Part shown: piece after piece, positions 39,670-52,993 of the stretch
Layout: each line of letters starts with the position of its first letter
Numbering within the stretch: position 1 is the first letter of the stretch
From: Octopus sinensis
Taxonomy: Eukaryota
Assembly (NCBI RefSeq): GCF_006345805.1
Contig: NC_043009.1
Coordinates: 11,656,001-11,720,000, forward strand
Direction of reading: 5' to 3'
Length of the DNA stretch: 64,000 bases
Notes under the pieces: generated by a model
Database searches by the model: none
What the model saw: the letters and a program-made list of their open reading frames with translations, nothing else
Told to the model about the DNA's origin: nothing
Position numbers and translations under genes: made by a program

Positions 39670-40302
39670 TGCTAGCACGCCGACTTGACCAGCACCGTCT
39701 GGCATGATTCCGCTCAGCCTCCGAGCCTCACTGCAGAGCTTGGTTCAATGCAATGCCATCACGCGCAACTGGTACTCAACTTGATAGTGACTGCATGCGA
39801 ATTGGCGTTTCCCTGAAGCTTGGCCTCGAGATCTGCGAGCCTCGTGAATGCCGTTACGGATCCATTGTCTTCTTTCGGCCTTCCACGCCATGCCACCCAT
39901 AACAAGATCACAAAGCAGGGCCTATGTTCCGCAGTCTTCCTTTCCCAGCTCGAGCCAGCGGGGCTAGACCGAGGGAGTGGTAACATTTTCCCGTTCTGTG
40001 GTGGTAGACTCTTCCTCTAGGATGCCACATACTGTGACACCTTCTCCAGCGGCAACTTGATGTTGTCAGCTACCAATCTAGGCTTCGCTTCTCGTCAGGC
40101 ATCGGCCGCTCTTCAACAGGTTTATGATCGAGTGGTAGTGGAAACCTCTGGTGTTCTCGGCCCAAGGACTATATCCCTGCTCACTGCTATCAGAGCGGAG
40201 ATTTGCTGTTCGCAAGTGCGAGCCCCGTGAGTCAAAGTGGCTGTTCCAGCGCATCTCCCTCGCTATCCTCCGGGGTAACGCCTTTTTCATTTTGCCTGCA
40301 GG
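39670..40302 (+). mobile_element. CRE-clade non-LTR retrotransposon 3' remnant (Zn knuckle / REL endonuclease region)
   Basis: AWFNAMP...RIGVSLKLGL, RHATHN, LEPAGL, DAT..DT, VETSGVLGP, WLFQRISLAILRGNA; small related piece near 55795-55838. Confidence 0.8.
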
Positions 40303-40621
40303 TGCTATGAGAAATGTCATTCAATGACTAAAAGCAACATTTTATTGCAGTTTGATACAAAGTTTGACCTCTTCTGACCTGTCGTCACTTTTGGATCGAT
40401 TCGTACAGAGGATACTGAAGAAAATTCACATACTGAAACGACAAGTTATTAAATGAAATTCAGTTTTGCTTCCAGCTGTGTGGAGTAGGAGCTTATCTCT
40501 TATTCTAAGGTAGTCAAAGCATGTAAATATCTATTAAAACTGTGACTTTAGTATTTTTTGTTAGAAAAAACAAAAGGAGAAACAGAGAGACTTACACACC
40601 AGCTGATCCAACAATGATACC

Positions 40622-40853
40622 TATTTCTTTATTACCCACAAGGGGCTAAACACAGAGAGGACAAACAAGGACAGACAAATGGATTAAGTCGATTATATCG
40701 ACTCCATTGCGTAACTGGTACTTATTTAATCGATCCCGAAAGGATGAAAGGCAAAGTCGACCCCGGCGGAATTTGAACTCAGAACGTAGCGGCAGACGAA
40801 ATACCGCTAAGCATTTCGCCTGCGTCCTAACGATTCTGCCAGCTCGCCGCCTT
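40622..40853 (-). mobile_element. Full-length family-A SINE with 15-bp TSD
   Basis: TSD tccaacaatgatacc at 40607-40621 and 40854-40868. Confidence 0.93.
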
Positions 40854-41162
40854 TCCAACAATGATACCACTTTTAATCATACCTTTAGTCTCTAAAGATC
40901 GGATGCAAACATTCAGATTTTCGAATACTCCGTATTCATTTGGTTATGTTTTAATGAGTTAGTTTGGGAGAAAAATCTATATCTCCTGGCCTTTTCAAGC
41001 CTTTTATATCGTTTTAATGACTTTTTCAAGACAAACTATACAAGAAGGGGATAAACTGAATGAAGAAATAAAATGTTACTCATGTTTGTTCATGGAAGAC
41101 AGTGAATTGGTATTGACTAAAGACGATCAGACAACATTCTAGCAATAGAGGGAATATATACA

Positions 41163-41735
41163 GCGGTGAGCTAGCAGAGTCGGTAGCACGCCGAGCGAAA
41201 TGCTCGATGGTATTTCGTCTGCTTCTACGTTCTGAGTTCAAATTCTGCCGAGGTCGACTTTGCCTTTCATCCTTTCGGGGTCGATTAAATAAGTACCAGT
41301 TACGCACTGGGGTCGATATTATCATGGACTTAATCTGTTTGTCCTTGTTTGTCCTCTCTGTGTTTAGCTCCTTGTGGGTAGTAAAGAAATAGGTATTTCG
41401 TCTGCCGCTACGTTCTGAGTTCAAATTCCGCCGAGGTCGACTTTGCCTTTCATCCTTTCGGCGTCGATTAAATAAGTAGCAGTTACGCACTGGGGTCGAT
41501 GTAATCGACTTAATCCGTTTGCCTGTCCTTGTTTGTCCTCTCTGTGTTTAGCCCCTTGTGGGTAGTAAAGAAATAGGTATTTCCTCCGTCTATACCTTCT
41601 GAGTTCAAATTCCACTGCGGTCGACATTACCCTTCATCTTTTCGGGTTCGATAAAATATAAACACCAGTTGAGCACTGGGGTCGATCTAATCGACTTATC
41701 CTTTCCCCCAAGGTTGCTGGTCTTATGTCAAAACA
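41163..41735 (+). mobile_element. Family-A SINE trimer (one head, three bodies)
   Basis: Junctions aaagaaata|ggtatttc at 41391 and 41575; last unit has a diverged A2-type tail. Confidence 0.9.
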
Positions 41736-42094
41736 TTTTAATATACCGAATATGTATGATTTGATGGAAGATCAGTAGTTACTTATTGTTTAGCCAGTCT
41801 TAATCGAGCAAACCTCTTATGAAAGGCATTCACGTCTTCACACTCCATCTTTTCAAAGATGGGGTTAATAGAACTACATTTTTTAATGCATAAAGAAAGG
41901 GCTTTATTGAGGTATATTTGGCTGTCATGTCTAGCAAGTCAACCGACCATGTAGAGGCTCTTTCAACGGAAATATTTTTCTTTGGTGTAGGCAGCTCTTT
42001 TGATCCAGAATAAGCAAGCGTACGATTGATATTACATTGTACATAAGGACAGTAATATAATATAATATATTATATTATATATATATATAATATA

Positions 42095-43279
42095 ATGCCT
42101 GTATAGAGTTGATGGTTTTAATTAAATATCAGAATATTTTGTAGATCAAGAAACGAAATTTTGCTTTGTAGCTATGCAAAGAATGTGTAGTCCCAATGAA
42201 AGGTTATCATGAATTGTAAAATTTAACATTTCCATATGGGAACGATATAACTGTATAATTAACTTCAGCGACATATTTATTTTAGAAATACTCTTTTACT
42301 TGTTTCAGTCATGTGACTGGGGCCATGCTGGAGCACCGCCTTTTTAGTCGAGCAAATCGACCCCAGGACTTATTCTTTGTAAGCCTAGTATTTATTCTAT
42401 CCGTCTCTTTTGCCGAATCCCTAAGTTACTGGGACGTAAACACACCAGTATAGGTTGTCAAGCGATGCTGGGGGGAGAAACACAGACACACAAACACACA
42501 AACACATATATATATACATATATACGACGGGCTTCTTTCAGTTTCCGTCTACCAAATCCACTCACAAAGCTTTGGTCGGCCCGAGGCTATAGTAGAAGAC
42601 ACTTGCCCAAGGACTGAACCCGAAACCATGTGGTTCGTAAGCAAGCTACTTACTACACAGCCACTCTTGTGCCTTGCATATGTTTGAGAAATAGAATCTG
42701 GAGCGTTTAAGTCTCGAAACTGTAACATAAAATACCACATGTCATGCAAATTTATCCAAACACATGAACTTTCTATGTTATCTTTTTCCAATACAGACCA
42801 TCACTGATTTCTTTTGACTCACTTTTTAATGTGTAACATTACTCTTTCATCATTATATTGTCGATTTACAGTGTAGTTTCTATTTCTCTGATGACGTTTA
42901 ATGATATCGAAACGTGTTCCAGCTTATCTTCTGTGTTTGAATTAACTGATTGTTTGTGTGTGGTGGTGCTATTGTGGGTGTGAAGGCAGCGAGCTGGCAG
43001 AATCGTTAGCACGCCGGGCGAAATGCTTAGCAGTATTTCGTCTGCCGTTACGTTCTGAGTTCAAATTCCGCCGAGGTCGACTTTGCCTTTCATCCCTTCG
43101 GGATATACCAGTTATGCACTAGGGTCGATATAATCGACTTAATCCGTTTGTCTGTCCTTATTTGTCCTCTCTGTGTTTAGCCCCTTGTGGGTAGTAAAGA
43201 AATAGGTATTGTGGGTTGTGTATGTGCGCGTGTGATGTTGAGATGAGTGTGTGATGGTGTGGTGCGTGTATACTTACAC

Positions 43280-43315
<36 letters not shown>

Positions 43316-43809
43316 TCACATACGCGCACATGTGTTTGTATTGTGAGAATGAAGTCGTATGACATATTTTCCAGTACTTAGAAGTTCGCGTGTTCCTTCA
43401 TAATCCAAAACGGAAAGATGTGAAGAGAATTCTTGTTATTTAATCTGACATTCTTGATACTGCTCTTCATAGATACAAAGACCACAGAGCAAACAAGTTT
43501 AAACAAGACTGGGGTGTTACTTTTGAAACTATTTATATCACTGTTACACGTGTTTCAGTGAAGAAAGGACGAGTTACGTAATCCTGACCCGAGATACTAA
43601 TTAGATAACCCGGACATCAGAGTTGATTTCACACTAGATTATTGTAGCTGCCGATAGTTATATAGAAGATTGTGCTTTTTTTTTTGTTTTTGAAAGATTA
43701 AAATGGAGAAGGCAACATACTACTTCTGGGTATTCTTCTTAAGCTTAAAATAGCTGAAAACTTTATCATTTATCAGTCGAGTATATAATATCTCTTTAAC
43801 ACCATAAAA

Positions 43810-43853
<44 letters not shown>

Positions 43854-45559
43854 ATATATAATGCCTGTATAGAGTTGATGGTTTTAATTAAATATCAGAA
43901 TATTTTGTAGATCAAGAAACGAAATTTTGCTTTGTAGCTATGCAAAGAATGTGTAGTCCCAATGAAAGGTTATCATGAATTGTAAAATTTAACATTTCCA
44001 TATGGGAACGATATAACTGTATAATTAACTTCAGCGACATATTTATTTTAGAAATACTCTTTTACTTGTTTCAGTCATGTGACTGGGGCCATGCTGGAGC
44101 ACCGCCTTTTTAGTCGAGCAAATCGACCCCAGGACTTATTCTTTGTAAGCCTAGTATTTATTCTATCCGTCTCTTTTGCCGAATCCCTAAGTTACTGGGA
44201 CGTAAACACACCAGTATAGGTTGTCAAGCGATGCTGGGGGGAGAAACACAGACACACAAACACATATATATATACATATATACGACGGGCTTCTTTCAGT
44301 TTCCGTCTACCAAATCCACTCACAAAGCTTTGGTCGGCCCGAGGCTATAGTAGAAGACACTTGCCCAAGGACTGAACCCGAAACCATGTGGTTCGTAAGC
44401 AAGCTACTTACTACACAGCCACTCTTGTGCCTTGCATATGTTTGAGAAATAGAATCTGGAGCGTTTAAGTCTCGAAACTGTAACATAAAATACCACATGT
44501 CATGCAAATTTATCCAAACACATGAACTTTCTATGTTATCTTTTTCCAATACAGACCATCACTGATTTCTTTTGACTCACTTTTTAATGTGTAACATTAC
44601 TCTTTCATCATTATATTGTCGATTTACAGTGTAGTTTCTATTTCTCTGATGACGTTTAATGATATCGAAACGTGTTCCAGCTTATCTTCTGTGTTTGAAT
44701 TAACTGATTGTTTGTGTGTGGTGGTGCTATTGTGGGTATGAAGGCAGCGAGCTGGCAGAATCGTTAGCACGCCGGGCGAAATGCTTAGCAGTATTTCGTC
44801 TGCCGTTACGTTCTGAGTTCAAATTCCACCGAGGTCGACTTTGCCTTTCATCCCTTCGGGATATACCAGTTATGCACTAGGGTCGATATAATCGACTTAA
44901 TCCGTTTGTCTGTCCTTATTTGTCCTCTCTGTGTTTAGCCCCTTGTGGGTAGTAAAGAAATAGGTATTGTGGGTTGTGTATGTGCGCGTGTGATGTTGAG
45001 ATGAGTGTGTGATGGTGTGGTGCGTGTATACTACACACACGCACACACACACACACACACATACTCACATACGCGCACATGTGTTTGTATTGTGAGAATG
45101 AAGTCGTATGACATATTTTCCAGTACTTAGAAGTTCGCGTGTTCCTTCATAATCCAAAACGGAAAGATGTGAAGAGAATTCTTGTTATTTAATCTGACAT
45201 TCTTGATACTGCTCTTCATAGATACAAAGACCACAGAGCAAACAAGTTTAAACAAGACTGGGGTGTTACTTTTGAAACTATTTATATCACTGTTACACGT
45301 GTTTCAGTGAAGAAAGGACGAGTTACGTAATCCTGACCCGAGATACTAATTAGATAACCCGGACATCAGAGTTGATTTCACACTAGATTATTGTAGCTGC
45401 CGATAGTTATATAGAAGATTGTGCTTTTTTTTTTGTTTTTGAAAGATTAAAATGGAGAAGGCAACATACTACTTCTGGGTATTCTTCTTAAGCTTAAAAT
45501 AGCTGAAAACTTTATCATTTATCAGTCGAGTATATAAATATCTCTTTAACACCATAAAA

Positions 45560-45563
<4 letters not shown>
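42095..45563. repeat. Near-identical tandem duplication, period about 1.77 kb (42095-43814 / 43861-45563)
   Basis: Both units start atgcctgtatagagttgatgg and contain the same B SINE, A SINE and unique DNA; (TA)n at all three boundaries. Confidence 0.95.
42885..42923 (+). ncRNA. Degenerate hammerhead-like core (duplicated at about 44643-44681)
   Basis: CTGATGA-cgtttaatgatatc-GAAAC-GT-GTT; stems I and II poor. Confidence 0.35.
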
Positions 45564-45598
<35 letters not shown>

Positions 45599-45616
45599 TA
45601 TATATATTATATATAT

Positions 45617-45648
<32 letters not shown>

Positions 45649-45754
45649 AATGCGTGTAGGAGCTAATCCAAACATGAAAACACAAAGAGAAAACACAACA
45701 ACGCGAGGACGTGGAACAAGTATAGTATTATTAGACGCTCAGGAAAGAAGGAGG

Positions 45755-45789
45755 GTTTAACGTTTCGAGCGGAGCTCTTCGTCAGAAAC
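45755..45789 (-). ncRNA. Minimal type-I hammerhead ribozyme with canonical core, in an approx. 200-bp element (45660-45860)
   Basis: Minus strand: gttt-CTGACGA-a gagc tcc gctc-GAAAC-GTT-aaac. Confidence 0.8.
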
Positions 45790-46114
45790 ATAGGAAGAGG
45801 AAAGATCAAAAGAAGGAAAGACGGAGGAAAAAAAGAATCGCCAACGGTACACACGCGGTCGACTTTACATTCTGAATAATCCTCATGAAATAATCTTCAC
45901 TGACAGGTTTTACTGGATTTCAACAGCATAGATCTCTACATTATACTCCTACGTATTGGTTTACTGTGTGGTTTATATCCTGATCCACTAAAGCGGCTTT
46001 TTTGTGATTACTACTGCAGTGGCGAATGTAGGTGTGTTGCCTAAGAAGGATTAAATTTTGAAAATACGAGTTTGAACTTTAAAGATGCTTTTGTTGTTTT
46101 CATTAACTTGAATT

Positions 46115-46385
46115 GTTCGTTCCTTCTCGAGCCATGCCTGTTTACCGGTTTCCTTGACGCATAGGTTCCCTACATGGATGGGACGCCGGTCCGTCGCAGG
46201 TGAGCTGCAAGATGCAGGAGGAAAGAGTGAGAGAAAGTTGTGGCGAAAGAGTCAGCAGAAGTTCGCCATTACCTTCTGCCGGAGCTTAGGTGTTTTCGCT
46301 CATAAACACACACATCCCCCGGGTGAGATTCGAACCCGCGATCCCTCGATCGCGAATCCGCTGCTCTAACCACTAGGCCATGTGC
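46115..46385 (-). mobile_element. SINE family C, tail C2, with 14-bp TSD
   Basis: TSD cattaacttgaatt at 46101-46114 and 46386-46399. Confidence 0.9.
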
Positions 46386-47070
46386 CATTAACTTGAATTA
46401 TAAAGTAACCATGTTATTAAGTTATGATAAGTGTAGTTTGCCGCTACTTTCTATAGGTAAACCAATACTCATTGCAAATATAATAACGTTGTTATTTTAT
46501 TTCTAGCAGTTTCACAGCATTACTGTTTCATATCCATATGGTCTGCTACAACAAAGGTAGAATACATAATAATGTGTCCATTTGTTATGAATTGCGATTC
46601 CCACCCTTATATAGTGTTTTTTCGAAACTTTTGGACAACACTCCCCCCCTCCAAAAAAAAATCATGGTGCCCCTCACTGCACTGTATTATATAAATCTTT
46701 ATATTGTGGATTTTATATATATATAATATTAGGGAGTAATAACTCCAAACTTACAGGGAAAAATTCAATTTGCCTTTACTTCATAGAAATTGGTTCAATC
46801 GAAGTTGATTATTTTCAAACTTTCATGAAAAACTGTCCAGACAGGGGAACAAATATTGCCTTGTTTGGAAAGATTGGCTGGATGGGGGGGGGGGCAGGAA
46901 AAACGTTGCCCTGGAATGCGTCACTGAATATGCTTCAACTTTCTTTGCTCTAAGTATAAATCTCACCGAAGTCAGCTTTATCTTTTATCCCTCCGGGGTC
47001 GCATAAAGTCGAATAAGGAACCTATCAAATGTAATCGACTAACTCCTCCTCCAGATTTCATCCCTTGTAC

Positions 47071-47302
47071 CTATTTCTTTACTACCCACAAACGGCTAAA
47101 CGTAGAGGGGACAAACAAGGACAGACAAACGGATTAAGTCGATTACATCGACCGCAGTGCGTAACTGGTACTTATTTAATCGACCCCGAAAGGATGAAAG
47201 GCAAAGTCAACCTCGGCGGAATTTGAACTCAGAACGTAGCGACAGACGAAATACGACTACGCATTTCGCCCGGCTTGCTAACGATTCTGCCAGCTCGCCG
47301 CC
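47071..47302 (-). mobile_element. Full-length family-A SINE
   Basis: Head, body, A1 tail. Confidence 0.9.
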
Positions 47303-48825
47303 TCTAGCAAAAACACTTACTTCTTTCAAGAAGAGTGGTGTACGGGCGGAATTACCAGAGTATCGAAAAGAAGTGGCGAAAAGAAGCTTTGTGGCATTTG
47401 TTCCGATTCTTTACGCTCTGGTTTCAAATCCAGCCAAAGTCAACTTTGTCTCTCGTCGTTTTGGAATCAATAGAATAAAGCACTGGTCAGTTACTGGGTT
47501 AATGTAATCGACGGCCCCTTCCACTCTTTTTTTTGGGTGGGGGGCTTTTACCTATTTTAGAAACCCTTATTTCTTTCTAGAGTGCAATAATTGGGTGGAC
47601 ATCGAAAGAATGATCTGCTGTTTTACATTAGGTTTCTGAATGTTAAGTGTTCAAATCCAGCCAAAATTCACTCATCTTTATAGAATCGATAATACAGCGT
47701 TACATCCAAATATTGGGATCGACCTAATCTACTCCCCACTTCAAGCAAATTAAATCAATTTAATCAGTCAATTAATCAAATTAATTTAATTTAGTGGAAG
47801 GGAATTCATTAAAATAATCTTTGTAATTGAGCAAATGTTCTTTTTTCCTCACTGAATAAGTGTTTTCAATTAGATTTTTGATACTGACTGCATTAAATAT
47901 GTTAATACTAACTTAACCAATATTTTTTTCTAATTGTGTTAGTGTTAACGTAAGTAACAGACGTGCATTATTCATGACTAGAGAGAGACAAGATATTTAT
48001 CCTTGTTATATAAATCGCATCAGGTCCGATCCGGCAAGTCTATGATCAAAGATGTTTGAGCTGTGACAAACCCATCCTTTTTACAGGCACAGTGTATCTA
48101 GAAATATATTATCCAATGAATCTTACCTTTTAAGATAATTGCGTACGATTTAAGGGACTTTTGACTAATCCTTTTAGCTAATCGAACGACACTGCAGAAG
48201 GTTACTCATTAAGCTTGCCTTTTGCATGCTGGTGTTGATAATTAAAATGAGTTAAGATAAAACAAATAATTAGGTAGGTTGCCTGAGCATGCGCTATATA
48301 TGCAAGGAGAAGGTGGGAGGTCAACGCCCAGGATTCTTTATATTCCCACGACCTTCTGATGGTCGTAGTGGGGTTGAAAGGAAAATGCTATCTGCAAACA
48401 GGTGACTTGGGATAAATGCATGCAACAAAGTAAAGTCCGATAAAAACGCTTAAAAGCCAAGAGATAATCATAATAGGCAGCGAATTGACAGAGTCGTTTG
48501 AGCATTGGAGTGAATGCGTCGTGGTATTTGCTCAGACTGTCTGGGTTCAAAGTCTATTGTCATGGCCAACCGAGTAACCATGGCAATTATCTTAATCCGT
48601 CGCCCGGTATCTATGGTATCTTAAGGTGCTTTCAGAGGCCTCTGCTCTGTTGTAAGGATTCGAACTAGATTTCCTTCTTACTAGTCTCGGAGGCTCCGTA
48701 ATAGCTCATGGACGCTGTCTTGTACAGCTACAGAGTAACTACTACTACTACTACCACCATCACCACTACTACTACAGCTGATGTTGCTGCTACTAATACT
48801 GCTTTCACTAATAATAATAATAATC

Positions 48826-49230
48826 CGTTCTACTATAGGCACAAGGCCTAAAATTTTGGTGGGGAGGGGGCCAGTTGATTAGATCGACCCCAGTGCACAA
48901 CTGGTACTTAATTTACCGATCCAGAAAGGATAAAAGGTAAAGTCGACCTCGGCAGAATTTGAACTCAAAACATAGCAGCATACGAAATACCTTTTTTTTT
49001 TTTACTACCCACAAGGGGCTAAACACAGAGGGGACAAACAAGGACAGACAAACGGACTAAGTCGATTACAACGACTCCAGTACGTAACTGGTACTTATTT
49101 AATCGACCCCGAAAGGATGAAAGGATGTGCGGGTCGACCTCGGTGGAATTTGAACCCAGAACGTAACGGCAGACGAAATACGGCTACGCATTTCGCCCGT
49201 CGTGCTAACGTTTCTGCCAGCTCGCCACCT
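48826..49230 (-). mobile_element. Family-A SINE dimer adjacent to (AAT)n
   Basis: Junction at 48991; A2 tail abuts (aat)n at 48810-48824. Confidence 0.88.
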
Positions 49231-49239
49231 TACAATAAT

Positions 49240-50705
49240 AGAAGCTAGAATGCCCTATCAAGAAGGAGTAGACAAAGAGAATACGAAGCGCATGGTAATT
49301 GTATAAGTCTCAAATGATAACAAAGCCAATGTGAGAGGTACAGAGAAAATAGCAAAGTACCAGAACCTAGCTACTGAGTGACACAGGCTATGGCAAGTGC
49401 GGGTAAAATGTATCCCTGTAGTTATAGGTGCATCGGGAACCATCCCTAAAGACAGCTAAGATACTTAGGAAGGTCCTTGACATTTAAGGTTACTTGTTGT
49501 AACCCGATGCTAGGAATTTTGTTTTTAAACAAACCAATCTGTGGTGCGTCTTAGGAATGAACAAGTGTCTCTACTGTGCTGCATCTGCAACAGAGTGGCT
49601 GAAACCACTGCCCATATAACGAACGAATGCACTAGACTTGCCCCAAACCACTACAAGTTGTGGTGACACGACCAGGTAGCGAAAGTGCTACACTGGAATC
49701 TGTGCGAAAAGTGAGGGCTAGAGAGAAGAAGGACGTGGTTTGAGCACAAACCGCAGTGAGTGGAGGCGTCATAGACTAGCAAAATCCTCTGGGATTTTCC
49801 AATCCAAACAGATCAGGTACTAGAACATAACAGACCGGACGAAGTGGTGGTGGACAAGGTGCACCACACATGCTATATAGCTGATATTGCATGCTCCTTT
49901 GACCCACGAATAGTTAAGAAGGAAAGCGAAAAGAAAGACAGATACAACCCTCTTAAGTACGAAATAGCCCGGCTACGGAAAATGAAGGTGAAAATGCTGC
50001 AGCTCAGGAACAAACGTTAAAGATCAATTATATGAAGTGCTGAATAGAGAACACTATCAAGAGCGACAAATGCAGAATGTGTGGTGGGAGAGGTGAAACA
50101 GTATGGCACATCGTTAGCGAATGCCCGAAATTGGCACAACGCGAATACAATATCACCATGACAATGTAGCAAGAATGATCCATTAGGAGCTCTGTGGAAA
50201 TTACGGCCTAAAAAGTGCAAAGACGTGGTATGATCAAACCCCAGAAGTCACTGAAAATAAGAATTGCAAAATCCTGTGCCATCACCTGACCAGAGATCGG
50301 CAATCGGACATTGTTGTGGGGAATAAAAAAGAAAGAACATGTATGATAATCGACATGGCACACCCCGGTGACAACAGGATCAACGTGAAAGAAGAGGAAA
50401 AAATAAACAACTCTGACTATTTGAAGCGGGGAATACGGAAGTTGTGGTCAATGAAGAGTGTAGAGGTGAAAACAATAGTAATTGGTGCACTTGGAAGTAT
50501 CAGCAGTCAACTACCAGCATGGCTGAAAAAGATCGGTGGAAGTATGAAGGTAGAACACCTATAAAAATCGTTATTGCTTGGAACTGCAAGAATTCTTCGC
50601 AGGGTTCTTCAAGCATGACCAGTAAACGAGTGTCACCTTAGTCTGTTGGCTGTGGACAGCTGACACTTTCCATCTTACCCAGCAAAACAAGCTGTGAGTT
50701 TTCAT
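49240..50705 (+). mobile_element. Three stacked R4/Dong-type LINE fragments (CCHC knuckle plus REL endonuclease)
   Basis: 49260-49450: EKIAKYQNL...PVVIGASG; 49560-49990: HDQVAKVLHW...KILWDFPIQTD...NRPD; 49995-50620: AAQEQ, CRMCG..ETVWHIVSEC, IIDMAHPGD..EEEKI, VIGALG, LLGTARILRRVL. Confidence 0.88.
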
Positions 50706-50935
50706 ATAATAATATTTATAACAGCAACAACAACAACGACGACGACGATGATGATGATGATGATCTATACCACAGCTCAAGAAGACAAAAAAACTAACAC
50801 AATGCAATACCGAGAAGGGTTTGACCTCACCCAACAGCAGAAAAGAACACACAATGCTGGACACACCCCGGTAACCCAGAGAAGTAGCTGGTGATGCAGT
50901 AGAAATTTGCCTCAGACTATCAAATGTTGATCAAT

Positions 50936-50939
<4 letters not shown>

Positions 50940-50995
<56 letters not shown>
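50940..50995. repeat. (AAT)n microsatellite
   Basis: Direct reading. Confidence 0.95.
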
Positions 50996-52000
50996 TTAAT
51001 TGGAGTAATTGAGGAGCATCATAGTCATGTGTTGAGAGAAATTTGGTGGGGTTTGAATAATTCACCCCCGGAGACATTGGTGTTTCGTCCACCGTTCTTA
51101 AACAACTCTTATTCAAGGATCTTTTGAGCGGGTTGGGCTACTCGGCCTGAAGGAAATTCTAACTGGACCCCACCTGCAAGGTTAGGTCAAATGCTGTTTA
51201 TCTTGATATAAGGTCACCATGTCGTGCACATATGGTTGTGATACATGCAGTCATGATTGGTATACTGGGCTTCGTATATTCGTACCCCAGTGTCACATTG
51301 ATGGCATACTCACTGTACTTGTGGTGACATTCACCCTGGGCGGGTTGAGTCGGCTTCTTCTACCATGGAAGAAGTTTCATGGGAATATGTGGATTTCACA
51401 AGTGGTCCCCAACAATCCCGCATGTAGAGACATCCTGTTTGCGGCAGATTGTCCGCAGACGCAGGGACAGAACGACCTAGGAGCCGCCGGTTGCCGAAGC
51501 AGACACTCCGAGGATTTTTACCAGAGCCCCGTCTGCCGGGTTGTGGCCCTGATATCACTCGGTGTCAGACCAATCCGCCTTGGGTGGCCCTACCAGGAAC
51601 CGAAGGTGAGTAGGGGATGGACTTTGGGGACGCACATTGATGGCATGATGCCCTCTGAAATGATAATAATAATAACTGTATACCCTTGACACAATTAAAA
51701 AAAAAAATCAATGGTATTTGACCTTCCAATGTTAACCGTTTCGCTCGTTCCGTCGTCCTCTGTCTTACCGCAAACTTTGTTAGCCCGGATTTTCAGTTCT
51801 TTGAATGTTCTTAACACCTACTGATTGTTAACAGTGTACTACGCATGGCAACCGAGAGATAATGTTATGTGTCATTGGGGGTCGGCATTTTTATCTTGTT
51901 GAATATTTGGGCATAAACGATATGAAAATTCACGACAGAGGTATTTGCTGACGTGGGTGATTAGCTTATATAAATATACGTGTGTGTGCATGTGTGTGTA

Positions 52001-52043
<43 letters not shown>

Positions 52044-52679
52044 TGAAGAAAAGAAAGAGTAGAAAAACCAACAACAAAGCCAATAACAAAAGACGACACC
52101 TAAATTAATGATCATCATATTTAATAGAGTAATTAGTGTTAATTAGCTCATAGTTATTGACACAAAACTTCTGATGACTCAGTGTCAATAACCGGTTTTC
52201 TTTTTCAGATGTAGAACGGATTGCAGCGTAGACAGATCGCTAAATTAAATCGCTTAATTTTTCAGTTCAAATCACACAAGTCTAAATTTGCCTTTCCTTT
52301 TGTGTCAAAGTTGATCATCATTATCAGACACCTCAGACAATTACCAACTAAACAATATTAAATCCGTTTTTTTTTTTTTGTTAGAATGAAATGTGCAATT
52401 ATTAATTCTTCCAAATTTAAAACAAACGTCAAGATTTATTTTCGTCAAAAGAACACGAAATTCTTTGAGAAGCTACTTTTTCTACGAATATATTTCACAA
52501 AGTTATGTCTGAGGAAACTGGGATTTTTGCATTGACACAATCGGGTTTCTGCCCAGAAGAGAAACTTAAGGTGTTGTTTACTCCTAAGTAAACGGTATCT
52601 ATCGGGACTAAAAGCGTCCCCCAATGATATGGCTGGGAAGCAAGCTTCGTACCACACAACCACGCCTATATATATATAT

Positions 52680-52948
52680 CACGTGACCGACCAGACCATC
52701 AGATGTTGTTACACATCGCTGGTCACAATGCGTTCGCATAGTTTTAGCCTTCGAATGACGCCACCCCGCTGGCTAAGCGAGCATGCCAACAGAAGAAAGA
52801 GTCGTGAAAGAGTACAGCAGTGATCATCACTCCCGGCCGGAGCGTCGTAGAGCTTTTAGGTGTTTTCGCTCAATAAACACTCACGATATGAACACCCACA
52901 TACGACCGCGAGTCCGTTGCCGTAACCACTGGGCCATTGCGCCTCCAC
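52680..52948 (-). mobile_element. SINE family C (tail C1), diverged
   Basis: Similarity to 33082-33361. Confidence 0.85.
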
Positions 52949-52958
52949 CTAATACATA

Positions 52959-52989
<31 letters not shown>

Positions 52990-52993
<4 letters not shown>

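Noticed and set aside
52153-52192. 11-bp hairpin enclosing CTGATGA (hammerhead or C/D snoRNA?)
   Set aside because: No GAAA core and no D box in the proper position; too short
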